A DNA stretch of 64,000 nt, from assembly GCA_038087875.1 (NCBI GenBank), contig JAXLNO010000053.1, positions 1-64,000 of the forward strand, read 5' to 3'. Source of the stretch: Malacoraja senta. Taxonomy: Eukaryota. How positions within the stretch are numbered: the stretch's first letter is position 1; each line of letters begins with the position of its first letter. Made by a program: the position numbers and the translations under genes. Positions 12,120 to 25,032 of this stretch are shown piece by piece. The notes under the pieces are model-generated. The model ran no database searches, was not told the origin of the DNA, and saw only the letters and a list, made by a program, of their open reading frames with translations.

Positions 12120-13630
12120 TTTATCAGTTTAGGTTTATTATTGTAGTGTGCACCAAGATGAAGTGAAAAGCTTTTGTTTGCATGCTATCCAGTCAAATTG
12201 GATAATACTATACACATATAATCCAGCTGAACACAAAAGCAACATGTAGAACAAACAAAAAATACCTGTGTGCGCAATAGAGTTTCTCAACATTGCCTGA
12301 GTAAAACGAGGTAGGCTGGAAAATCTGAACTGTACCCATGCTTATGGAAGGACTGTTCAGAAATCTGGTAACAGAGAGGATGTAGTTATTCTCGAGTCTG
12401 GTGGTACCCACTTTCAAACTTTTGAAAGTGTTAACGGGAACAGGTAGAAGGAATGACCTGGGTGAAAAAGGTCCTTAATTATGGTCGCTTTCCCGAGGCA
12501 GTGTGATGTGTAGATGGAGTCAATGGTGGGGAGTTTGGTGTGTGTGATGGACTGGGCTATATCCACAATTCTCAGCAATTTCTTTGATCTTGGACTGAGC
12601 TGTGCCCAACCTATGCAGTGATTCAATGTGACGGCATGTTTTCAACAGAGCACCTATAGAGGTTGGTAAGAGACATTGGAGACAAGCCAAATTTTCCCAG
12701 TCTCTTGAGGAAGTTGAGTCGTGGGTATGCTTTTTTGGCTGTAGCTCCAATGTGGTTGGTCCAGGACAGATTGTTGATATTATCTATGTCAAAGAATGTG
12801 AAGCTTTGAGCCATTTCCACTTCAGCACCATCGATGCTGATTGGGGTTTGTACACTACCATACATCCAGAAGTTGATAACTGGCTCCTAGGAGTTGACTC
12901 CTATGTCCAGGAGTTTGGATGGGCTTAAGGAGTTGAAGGCAAAGGTGTAGTCAATAAATAAGAATCTGATGTAGATATTCTTGTTATGTAGGTGTTAGAG
13001 ATGAGTGTAGGGCTAGGGATACAGCATCTGCGGTGGACCTGTTTCGAAGGTAGGCAAACTGCAGTAGATCAAGACAGACTGGGAGGCTGAGTTGATGTGC
13101 GCCATCACAAGTCAAAGTACTTCATGATGGTGGATATCAGGGGCACTGGATAGAAAGTTAAGGCATGCTTCCATCCTTTCCTTTGGCACAGGGATTACAG
13201 TGATCATCTTAAAGCAGGTAGGGACCACAGAATGGAGTCGGGGAGGTTGAAGATATCGATCACTACATCTGCAAGCTGGTCTTCGAGGGCCGAGGACTCC
13301 TCCTGGGCTAGTTGCTTTCCAGAGATTCACTCCGAGAAAGGCTAGTCTTATATCTGGCACAATGTCCATTGGTATAGGTGCACCCAAGGCTAATGGCATG
13401 GGTGACATCTTTCCATCGATGTTCTGTTTAAACCATAGAATGCATGAGCTCATCACTGAGAGACAAGTTGTTGCCAGTGATACTGTCCAACTTCATTTTA
13501 TAGTGCGTTATAACATGCAGGGCAATTAATGGGCGTCCGTGTCGCTGTCTCTGGTCTCAAGCTTGATCCAGAATTCTGTCTTGTCATCCCTGATGGCTTT
13601 AAAGATTATAAATGGATTTCTTGTATTGCT
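12120..13630 (-). mobile_element. Degenerate Rex1/Babar-type LINE fragment
   Basis: Broken RT peptides VPTCFKMITVIPVPK and NNLSWTNH..KKAYPRLNFLKRLGKFGLSP..LYRCSVE. Confidence 0.75.
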
Positions 13631-13997
13631 CAGGGTCATTATATCCAGTTGAGTAAATCAAATTGAGTGAACTATTTAGGTAGAGAATTCAAGAGAAGGC
13701 CAAAACAAATCATTTATGTAAAAGTGCCACATTTAAAACCAAAATCCATTCACAATGAAAGCAAACTTGCATTATTTAGAACAGCCAAACAGCACATCTT
13801 GACTTGCACATAAAAGTTGGATCATGGTGTAAAATAGGTTCATGTTTTTTGTTCTTAACAACCAAACGCAAAATGATCAAGTCTATTCCTTCAATGAAAT
13901 TTAAAACAAACAGTAATTACATAAAATAGTGGGAAGCAACTAAATTTGTAGTACTACTTGATAAAGTTGAAACAAAAACAAATGAGAAATTGAATTA

Positions 13998-14355
13998 TAG
14001 AAACATAGAAAATAGGTGCAGGAGTAGGCCATTCGGCCCTTCGAGCCTGCACCGCCATTCGATATGATCATGGCTGATCATCCAACTCAGTATCCCATCC
14101 CTGCCTTCTCTCCATACCCCCTGATCCCTTTAGCCACAAGGGCCACATCTAACTCCCTCTTAAATGAACTGGCCTCAACTACCTTCTGTGGCAGAGAATT
14201 CCACAGATTCACCACTCTGTGTAAAACATGATTTTCTCATCTCGGTCCTAAAAGACTTCCCTCTTATCCTTAAACTGTGACCCCCTAGTTCTGGACTTCC
14301 CCAACATCGGGAATAATCTTCCTGCATCTAGCCTGTCCAACCCCTTAAGAATTTT
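13998..14355 (-). mobile_element. CR1-clade LINE 3' end
   Basis: Near-identical to 44828-45288 and 63793-63886; (TTTCTATG) tail. Confidence 0.8.
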
Positions 14356-15304
14356 GGAGAATTATGTCCATTCAGAAATGTAAAAAGAGCCAAAAAATCC
14401 AGAGATATAATGAATACTTTCAGTTTAAGTTGCCACTTATGTTGCCTACAATGTACAAATATTTAAACTCACTTTCTACTTATTTCAGATCCATGCATTT
14501 ACGAGAAGTTTCTTTGCCTGCCTGTGTGGGATAGAAGAGACTACAATTGATCAGTTGAATTGATAATGGTTTGCTTGATTGACATTAATCGGACAAAGTA
14601 GACCACCAAGTGACTGACACCGAACATAGTATTTTCTCATTTTGTTACATCTGACCACAGGATGTGGAGACACGATTGGCTGACTCAGTCATTGAACCAG
14701 CGGTTATGTTTAAGTGTTAACTAGCCACTGTCCTAATGCACCCCATCCCCCACTGACACCACAAAATGGATGTGCAACAAATCTAATGAAAGGATCCTTT
14801 CCACAATAACACAAATTGTGACAAATTAATCATTGAAAGCATTTGAGGAAACATCTTCAATGACTAGGCTCACGAATATACAAATTCTACAGCCAGATGC
14901 CAAAATACCCAATAAGAAATAATTCTAAAATTGTAAATCAATTTTAAAATACACTAATTATATGTAGTTTATTTCCAAATCACCACCACCTTAAGGTCAA
15001 CAGGATTAAGCAAAATACGAGCCATGCCAGTTATTCACACTGGGATGCAAGATCAATTGAAGCTGTTTGAAGGCGAGGCGACATTAAAGGCTGGTAAACA
15101 AGCATATGGCATTTTTAAGTACAAATACAGGCATGATTGTGTAAACGTGTAATCTTTACAAAAAAATAGAAAACAGAGCTGGATTGTTCTGGCCAATTCG
15201 AGGGATCTTCCTCCATGAAATGCAAAACCTTCAACTGGATGGACGAGGGATTTATCAGAATTACACCAGAAATGATGTACAGCAACAGGTAGAGAAACTA
15301 AAGA

Positions 15305-15404
15305 TGAAGATAGACACAAAATGCTGGAGTAACTCAGCAGGACAGGCAGCATCTCTGGATAGAAGGAATGGGTGACATTTCAGGTCGAGACCCTTCTTCA
15401 GACT
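15305..15404 (-). mobile_element. Short Penelope pLTR-derived element
   Basis: Homologous to the TSD-flanked copies; further degenerate copies near 33455-33540, 36010-36075 and 39200-39430. Confidence 0.75.
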
Positions 15405-16750
15405 TCTTCAAAGTAAAGCCGAGGTTGCTTACCTTACAACCAGGGTAGACTAGATGAGATTAGTTCGAGGTATTCATAGTCATAGAATCATAGAAATGTA
15501 CATCACTTCGCCCACATTGGCTGTGATGCCGACCTACGCCAAGTCTATTTGTCCACCTTAGGCTTTTATCGTGTTACACCTTTCCTTTTTAAGTACCTAT
15601 CCAAACAGCTTTTAAACATTGCGATTATATCTGCCTCTGGCACCTATTCTGGCAACTCATTCAAAATAACTAAAGTGTGGAAAAACTTAACCCTTCGATG
15701 GCCTTCAAATATTTTCCTTTGTCTTGGGGGGAAAAAAGACTGCAACTACCTAACTTGCCAACTTTAACATAATTTTGCCTAATTTGTGTTTCTTTTATCT
15801 ATCCACCCCCACTCCCCTGCAATAATAAACTCAGATTTCTATATACCAAGAATAAACCCAGCCAATCAGATCACTATTGTCCTCATTACTTGCAATATCC
15901 TGGTGAGTCTCTTCTGCATGTTATGTGCATCAACCAGAATTGTACGCAACACTCTAAATACAGTTTAACCAACTTCTTTGCAATTGAACTTCGAGGTTCC
16001 AATTCTTATACTCCATGCCTTGACCTATGAAGGCAAATATACCAAATACCTCTTTTGCTCCCCTATCCACCTTTATCACCACTTTCAGAGAACTATGCAC
16101 TTGCACCCTAAGGCTCTGCTACAATTCAACAGCAAGATTCCTACCATTTCCTCTACTTTCTACCAGGATTTGACATCCCAAAATATATTACCTCACACTC
16201 TTCTGGTTTCAATCTACCAACTCACCACCCAACTTTCCATGTGATCTGTGCCCTGCTGTATTCTTAAACAACCTCCACTATCTGCAACCACCAATTTTTG
16301 TATAATTTGCGAACTTGTTAATCAAACCTTCCATTCTCATCTAAGTCATTTAAATATATTACAAGCAAAGGTTACAGCACCAATCCCTGCAGTACACTAC
16401 TTGTTGCAGATTTCCTGTCAGAGAAACATCCACCCAGCACGACCCTCTACCTCCCATCATCTCACCAATTGTGGATCCAGCTTGCCAACTTTCTTGAAGG
16501 GTTTCAGTGGAATAAATGATAAACTTCCCCCTGAAAGGTAATTAGTTGAAGGATGCAAGGATAACTTGTGGGGAAAAAAATTGTTCAACAAGTTTTATTT
16601 ATAGAAATTCACTGTACAGCAATATGCTATTTTCTTCGAAAAGGAAAGATATGTTGGTCTATGGTAGGGACGGTAGTAACTTAGTAGGGACCTGAATAAA
16701 GCAGCAGAAATTAATGCTGGTCAAAAATAAGTTTCCCAGGCTCATTCCAG

Positions 16751-16869
16751 TCTGAAGAAGGGTCTTGAACCAAAATGTCACCCATTCCTTCTCTCCAGAG
16801 ATGCTGTCCCGCTGAGTTACTCCAGCAGTTTGTCTACCTTCGATTTAAAGCAGCATCTGCAGTTCTTTC
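16751..16869 (+). mobile_element. Short Penelope pLTR-derived element, 10-bp TSD
   Basis: CTCATTCCAG at 16741-16750 and 16870-16879; begins TCTGAAGAAGGGTC. Confidence 0.8.
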
Positions 16870-17010
16870 CTCATTCCAGCTCTTGGTCTATAGTCTTGTA
16901 GGTCACATCATATCAAGAATCCAAATGTAATTTAAAGGTGAAGAGGGATTCTGCAGCTATCAGATTTTCAGGTGGGACACCCAACCATTCTCCAGGTCAA
17001 GCAACAGTGT

Positions 17011-17640
17011 GTCAACTCCCCTCTATCATCCACACATTCATCTCCTTCCGCCTAGATTACTGCAACTCCCTTTACACTGGCATCAGCCAATCTTCCCTGT
17101 CCCGCCTGCAACTGGTCCAAAACGCCACAGCGAGACTCCTGACGGGCACCCGAAAAAGGGACCACATCACCCCGATCCCGGCCTCTCTCCACTGGCTCCC
17201 TGTGCGGTTCCGCATAAACTTCAAGATCCTCCTCCATGTCTACAAAGCCCTCAATGGGCTTGCCCCCACCTACATAAAAAGTCTTCTCACCCACCACTCC
17301 ACCTCCAGGCCCCTCAGATCTGCCGACTTGGGGTTGCTGAATATCCCACGGTCTAGGCATAAGCTCAGGGGCGACCGCGCCTTTGTGGTTGCAGCCCCTA
17401 GACTGTGGAACAGCATCCCCTTTCCCATCAGAACCGCCCCCTCCATCGACTCTTTTAAGTCAAGACTAAAGACTTATCTATACTCCCAAGCCTTTCCTGA
17501 CGTCCTCTGAGTGAGGGCTACATGTATATATGTATGTAGTTTGTTTTGTTGTGCTATTCTTATAACAAATGTAAAGCACTTTGGCCAACGAGAGTTGTTT
17601 TTTAAATGTGCTATATAAATAAATGTGACTTGACTTGACT
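17011..17640 (+). mobile_element. L2-clade LINE 3' end
   Basis: IHTFISFRLDYCNSL..LQLVQNATARLL..HITP..LHWLPVRFRINFKILL..FKSRLKTYL; (GACTT)n tail. Confidence 0.9.
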
Positions 17641-18214
17641 AATTTTTTTCTACCAAGTGATTGTAAATCTTTGTTTCTAGTCACCAACTTGACAATTCCT
17701 ATCCACTTCATTCAAGTCTCTTAATCCCCCACAGCTTTATTTTATTCCAAACCAACATACCACTTTAGCCAATCTTTCCTCATAACTAATTCCCTTTCTC
17801 ACAGCAACATTTTCATAAATTACCTCCACATCATGTTCAGACGTGATAGTAGAATTAGGTAATTTGGCCCATCAAGTCTATACCGACATTTAATCATGGC
17901 TGATCCATCTGCCCCTCTCAAACCATTCTCCTGCCTGCTCCCCATAACCCGACACACGTACTTATCGAGAATCTCTATCTCAGGATTAAATATATCCATT
18001 GACAACCTCCACAGCCTTCTGTGGCAATGAATTCCAAAGATTCACCACCTTCTGCCTGGAAACATCCTCTCCACATCCACTCTATCCAAGCTTTTCACGA
18101 TTCAGTAAGTTTCAAAGAGGTTCCTCCCTCAACCATCAAAACTCCAGCACGTAGAAGCCCAGCACCATCAAACACTCATCATATGTTAACCCACTCTTTC
18201 CTGGGATCATCCTG

Positions 18215-19548
18215 CCTCAACTTTTCCACTCCCCTTACTTATTCTAACCTCTCCCCACCTGAACGTACAGCCCCTCCGCTCACTCTGCAGTAACCGAGCG
18301 AGATAAACAAACCCGCCGACAAGGGAGGTGCCGCTTAAGTCTGGCACGCTGACCTCTACCGGGCTGAGGCCAGGTGACAACTCTCATCAACATCTCCTTC
18401 TGCTTATCCTTGGACAATGACCCCACAGACAAGCACCAGACCTTAATTTCTGATTTCATTACTTCCGGTTCTCTGCCCTATAAAGCCTCCAACCTTATCG
18501 ATCCCCAGCACCGCACGGCCCGATTTTATCTTCTCCCCAAAATACACAAACAGAACTGTCCTGGCAGATCCATTGTTTCTGCTTGTTCATGTCCCACCAA
18601 ATCAATTTCCACACTCTATCCCCCTTGGTCCAATCCCTCCCTACCAATGTCCAAGACACTTCACACACTCTTCATCTCTTCAATGACTTCGGTTTTCCAG
18701 GCCCCCACTCCCTCATCATTACTATGGATGTCCAGTCACTCTACATCTCTATCCCCCACCAGGAAGGTCTTAAAGCCCTCAGTTTCTTCCTCAACCGCAG
18801 AACCAGCCAATTTCCATCTACTAATACTCTCCACCGTCTAGCAGAGCTGGTCCTTACCCTCAACAACTTCTTCGACTCCTCCCACTTCCTCCAAATCCAA
18901 GGTATGCCTGCCTCTTCGCAGGGTACGTCGAACAAACACTGTCCCAGGCATACACTGGCCCTATCCCCGAACTCTACCACCGCTAAATTGACGACTGCAT
19001 CGGTGCTACTTCCTGCACCCATGCAGAACTCACTGACCATCAACCACTACTAATTTCCACCCTGCAAACAAATTCACTTGGACTATCTCCCTACTGTTTC
19101 TAGATCTCACCGTATCCATCACCGGAGACAGACTATTGTCCGACATCTAATACAAACCCACCGACTCCCATAGCCATCTAGACTTCTTCCCACCCTGCTT
19201 CCTGTAAAGACTCTATCCCCTACTACTAATTCCTCCGTCTCTGCCGCATCTGCGCCCAGGATGAGGTTTTCCCATATCAGGTCATCGGAGATGTCCTCAT
19301 TCTTTAGGAAACAGGGATTCCCCTCTTCCATTATAGATGAGGTTCTTACTGGGGTCTCCTCGATATCATGCAGCTCCGCTCTTGCTACCCCTCCCCCCAT
19401 TCGTAACAAGGACCGAGTCCCCCTTGTCCTTACCTTCCACCCCATCAGCCATCACATACAGCATATAATCCTCCAGCATTTTCGCCACCTCCAACAGGAT
19501 CCCACTACTGGCCACATCTTACCATCTCTAACCTTTTCTGCTTTCCGG
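18215..19548 (+). mobile_element. Penelope-like retroelement RT pseudogene fragment
   Basis: Frameshifted peptides FYLLPKIHK..PGRSIVSACSCPT, TMDVQSLYISIPH, FFRKQGFPSSII..RVPLVLTFHP. Confidence 0.85.
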
Positions 19549-21494
19549 TTAATTTGCTATCCCTGAATTTACTATATTTGTAACTTACAAGAATATACTG
19601 TTGGAAATGAATAGCACAAACAAATTTCAAAAATAGCTTAAGAGATATATTCAAAAGGATATAGATGCTGTGTGAAGGATGAATGCTACAGCACAAGAGA
19701 TCAAAGAAAGTTATCTATCTATCTACCTAACTATCAGACATTACTTGCTGGACATTAAACAATGGCCTACATCTCAAGATCAATTGTCCCGATGGCAAAA
19801 GGTGAGCTGACAAGTAAATGGCAACTGTGCTGCATGTATATATAAAAAATACTGCATAGACATATGTATGGAGGAACAGAGCAGAACAGTACTGCAAGGG
19901 AACAGGCCCTTCAGGTCATCATGTTTATTTTTAGTTTAGAGATACAGCATGGAAACAGGCTCTTTGGCCCACTGAAGATGTCATCCTAACCTTGATATCA
20001 ATCAAACTAATCCCATCTGCATGGTCCACATCCATTCTCTGCCTTTACGTGTCCATCTAGATGCCTCTTAAATATATTCTTCCATCATTCCAGTGTCTAC
20101 CATACCTGCGTCTACGACCTCTCCAACCAGGGCATTTCAGGGATCTCTCAAAATACTTGCTTCTTAAGTCACCTTAAACCTGCCCCCCCCCCCCCCCTTC
20201 ACATGAAACCTCTGCTGTCTGGTGTTTGACATTTCCACCTCAACCAATGAAGGCTTATACTGCATGGCATTATTACCACCTGATCCACTCATGTTGTCAC
20301 TTGAGGCAACATGGACCAACACCCCAAGATCCCACTGTACAACAGTGTTAAAACTTATATTCTTTATTGGTCAAATCTCATGCATTTGCCTTCCAAAACA
20401 CTTCATCTCACATTAAACTCCATGTGTCATTTTGCCATCTAAATTTCTAGCTGATCTATCCTGATGTACCATTTTTGTCTCATCTGCAAAGTCACTAATC
20501 AACCAAATCATTTATACGATGAGCAAAATACATTACATATTACAAACAAGAGGCCTTTATAGTGAATCTTGTGAACACCACTGGTCAGAGAACTCCAGTC
20601 CGAAAAACATGCCGTCTATGACCAAGCCAAATTACCAACTCACTGTGGACCCCCATGTGACTTACACTTCTGACCATTGGTCCCCATTTTTTCATCTGTA
20701 CACATTCATACCGATTAAACAAGATGGATAAAACCCGAGTGTGCTTTTAGGTAAACTGCATGCTTTGGTAAGTCCTTAAATAGAGTCCAAGAAAACAAAA
20801 CTTAACAGAGCATTGAAGTTCCATACAAATGAAATTTATTGTTTTTGAAATTTAATTCAAATTTTAAAACAGTTATTATCACCTATAACCAGAATACACC
20901 TAACCACTGTTGTTAGAGGTTGAACAACAAGCAAGGCACTGATGATATCAAAAAGGAAAAAAAACACTTCTACACATGATACATATTTCTTCTACACTTC
21001 TACTTACATGATACAAACTTAAACACTTCCACATACATGATACAATGGAAAAGGTTAGAACAAAGTTCTATGCACATTTCAACAGACGGAATAGCGATTT
21101 GGCAAAAGATTCTAAGATATACTCCCAACAACTCTCTAAAAAATAATACCAAATTGTACTTTTCATCATATGGAATTTACTTCAGTATCTTCAGCTTCCA
21201 GCATCTGGATCAAACCTGCAATACCTGTCTAACAAGCTTAATACTGCATAACAGCAGTTTCAACTTCACAGCACCAAAAAGTGTTAATACTAATTATTAC
21301 TCAGCAAAACAGTATAGGATCCAAAGAAAACATTCACAATGAATTGACTATCAAGGTAGGAAATTAAGTCACATTCAAAAGAATCCTAGTAAAAAGCTAT
21401 ATTTTTGTTAAATTCAATATTGCGCAAATGAATATCCTTCAATAATTGCACAGAAATACATTTAAATTGCATTTTGCCATGTGACTATACTTAC

Positions 21495-21635
21495 ACACTA
21501 CTGTCTGTCAGTGACATGGTATCTGCATCACTTGACATACTCTGTTGCTCACTGTCATTAGCACTTGTTGCTGGTGCCAAGGCATACCCTGTGTTCACGT
21601 AGTAAGGATTGACTGGTTCCCGCCATGAACCATGT
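21495..21635 (-). CDS. AXIN1: Axin-1, next coding exon (141 nt)
   Basis: Read manually on the minus strand: acceptor tttttttaaatctag|, peptide (R)[46 protein letters not shown](V), donor GT|gtaagt. Phase matches the upstream exon. Not in the ORF track. Intervening intron 21636-53752 (32,117 bp). Confidence 0.96.
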
Positions 21636-24600
21636 CTAGATTTAAAAAAAGAAACATAAATTAGGCAAAATCATGTTAAAGCTGGAAATAATCACCTACA
21701 TCTTGGGAATGCAAGTAACAGTCATCAGTGAGAGAGTGTCTTGAATATAGTTAATGTCACAATTGCGTTACTAAACTTATAAAGAGTATTTATACCTTCA
21801 AGAAAAACCAGCCAGTAAGGCAAGTCTTGTACAATCGTTACAAGCATTAACCTCACATTTTACAGATTGTTCAAATGGCTCACAAATCCACCTCTCAAGG
21901 TTCAGATGCTCAAATGGGCCACAACTTTATCAGTAATGAAATACGGAATTTTTATCTGATTTGGCAAAATTTAGCTTTCAACTGTACTTCATAAACATTT
22001 GCAATTTTTCTGCTGGAAGTTAAGACCTCAAGACATGTATATCCTTTAAATTCTGCTGACTTGGATTCAGTGCATTTGCACTTGTTGATCACAAAACCAG
22101 AAATGAATGCTTCAGAATCAGTGCCATCAGAATTAGAGTTCTCAAAACAAATAATAACAAGTTTATTTTACCCCTATGCAAATAAAGTGTTTATTTAGAC
22201 CACATTAGTTAGACCACAATAGTTTATTTAGACCACATTGGACGCGATTAGCAAACCCTTAATCATGCTAGGAAAACATTCACAGCTGAGAGGTATGTTT
22301 TTGAGCCTGGATGTAACATTGAAAAATAAAACATCAAATATTAAAAGCGAATGCAACATATTTCCGAGTGCCATACAAAAAAGGTTTATTAATTGGAAAT
22401 TTCATCTGAAAGAGATGACGAAAACAAAAACCATCTTGAGTAATTGCTTGGCCAGCCTTGCACACCAATCAGCTTGTACAACATTAAAACCAAAGGTTTT
22501 GGTTGCTGTGTTATCAAGTCATTGGGAGGAAATTTGCTTGAGATGGAATATACAAGTACATCTTGCTGTTAATGGACCTGTCATATAAAAATAGATCGTT
22601 TTGTTAACACATTATATAATGTGCAATGACAATACTGCTTAATTTTATTGCCAAAAAGTTAATTATGATGCTGTCACCATGATCCATTTGTCCTCGACAC
22701 CCAAGTCAAGGTACAGGAGTTGACAAGAGTTCTTGAGTAGTGAGCTTCGACTAATAATTTGGAATTGCCTGAAGTCTTCAAACTAATGATGGTAAAAACA
22801 TGTCAAATGAACACGGGCATGTGCTATTTTTTATGATTGGTTTCAACTTCCCTCTTTCTTGCGGTCTAACATTCTAATAATTTATCTTGATGGCAATTAA
22901 AGTGAACTTTCGAATGTCAACTTTAAAATGGTTTGTAAACTTCAGAGAGAAGGTGAAATGGAGATTTACTCATCTGCATGCCATTCAAATTTCCCCTTAA
23001 AAAAAGAAATTTGCAAGCAACCAGGCCCCAATTATCACTTTATTACCCATGTTACATTCAGATTTGGAACATACAAACCAGTAGATGAAAGACATTAAAC
23101 GAATTGCAAGCAGACAAAGGCAAATGTGATACAAATGCAACAAATTTGAAAGGCTATTAAGTAATTTTGATTTTGTACATTCAACACAAACATTAGAAAA
23201 TTCTGCTAATGGATTAATGACAGATTTTAACTTGCTAAATGTGCAATTCTACCGAAGGTTCGGAGGTCAACAAACCCAAAATAATTTATACAATAAATTA
23301 AATGAGTCGGGCCATAAATGAGTCAGGCATTTAAATGAGTCAGGCCATTATTTTTCTCACACCATATTCCAACCCTTACAAGGCTTTGAGCACAAATATT
23401 GAACATGCCGTCACATTTGATTAGTTCGGGTGTCAGAGGTTATGGGGAGAAGGCAGGAGAATGGGGTTAGATTTGAATTATGCAAAGATCATGAAATTTA
23501 GGACTTTGCATGCCAATTTCTGGAATCTGCATGTAACTATGTATTTATGATTAGCTCAATCCTCAAATGCAGACACATTTTTGTTGGATGGTATAGCACA
23601 CTGGAACCAAATGCAAGATGCTACAGAATTGTAGGATGAGGTACAACTCTTACAATTCTGCTATGTTCCTGATAATAACCAAATTGCTGTGAGAAAGGCA
23701 CCATGGAGTAAGCCAAGCATTACTTGGGTAGACAGAATCCCAAGTGATATATTGAGCTGTTTTTAAAAAACATGAGTAACAGAGCAGATATCCATCTCTT
23801 TAAACAACATCTAGATGTACATATTAAAACCAATAAGAGCTGTGAATAATTATATCACAATAAAAGCTTCTATATTCAAAAATAGCTCAAGGCTCCTACT
23901 GTGTTTTGGTCCCATTACCATACTCCTTTGAAGCTTAGTTCTCTTTTTGTCCTTTACCAGGATCCTAATACTACTCTCTCTCCTCCCTCACAGCAGTGTC
24001 CTGTGCTCTTCTAAGCCACAATATTGCTTTAAAGAGTTCATCTTCCAAGAATTTAATCCCTGCTTCAAAAGAAATTTGCCCTGTGTACATGAACAGCAGG
24101 AGAGATCTGGCTGGGTCCACTATAGAAGTTTGAGACAACAGAGCAAATGTCTCAGCTCTTAAAAAGTGCCAGACCTGGCAATTTATAAAGGTTACTCCTG
24201 ATGTGCTCAGAGAGCAACAGTTTCCACTACTTCAGTCCCAAGAGCTGTACATAACTTTAATGCTTTAAGAAAGAAACAGACAGGAGATTTGCAGACTGCA
24301 AAGCAACTTGCAGTCTGGCATACTGCCTGTCGGACATATCTTGAACATCACTGCAGTATGGGCTTCAAAGTAAATCTTCAATTGATGCAAAACCAAAGGT
24401 AGCAAAAGGCCATAAAATTAGAACACTATCACAACCTTAGTTATCAACAAATGCAATTATTTGGTGCTTTGTAAAATCTCCAAATTAAAATTTTCCACTC
24501 AAAAATGTACAGTAAAATTCACCATGAAACTGTCCATTTTACTTCAGCCAGTTGAAAATTAAGACCGAGGGCAATATCATTTTTATTCTACTATAATCTT

Positions 24601-24818
24601 TAACATTTTTTCAGAAATCTAAATACACCAGCTTGATAACTTGTGAATTGCTTCAACTGATTATACTATTTGTAATATATAGCACAATTAACAAATGCAC
24701 TTAATTTAAAGAAACAATGAGAAATGGCACCATAATTATTATTTCTTGCATTTTGAAGAAACATAACAAAAAAAGATTGAACAAAACAGGTACATTGAAA
24801 TCACATTGCTACAAGTTA

Positions 24819-25032
24819 AGGGCCTGTCCCACTTTCACGACCTCTGCCGAGTTTGCCCTTGACTCAAACTCGCAGCATGGTCGTCACGAGGTCGTAGGAG
24901 GTTGTAGGCAGGTCGTGATGCTAGTCGTAGGTACTCGTGGCATCACGTAGGTCGGGCGTTTTTCTAGCCCGATGAAAAATGTCCACGAGTAAAAAAGGTT
25001 GTGAATTAGGTCGTGAAAGTGGGACAGACCCT
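24819..25032. mobile_element. PIF/Harbinger-type MITE
   Basis: TIRs AGGGCCTGTCCCACTTTCACGACCT (1 mismatch); 3-bp TSD TTA. Confidence 0.85.

Noticed and set aside
19860..19885. Possible next AXIN1 exon (VPPY codons on the minus strand)
   Set aside because: Flanking codons do not give DG.PPYR..K; no matching exon was recognised in 1-21494
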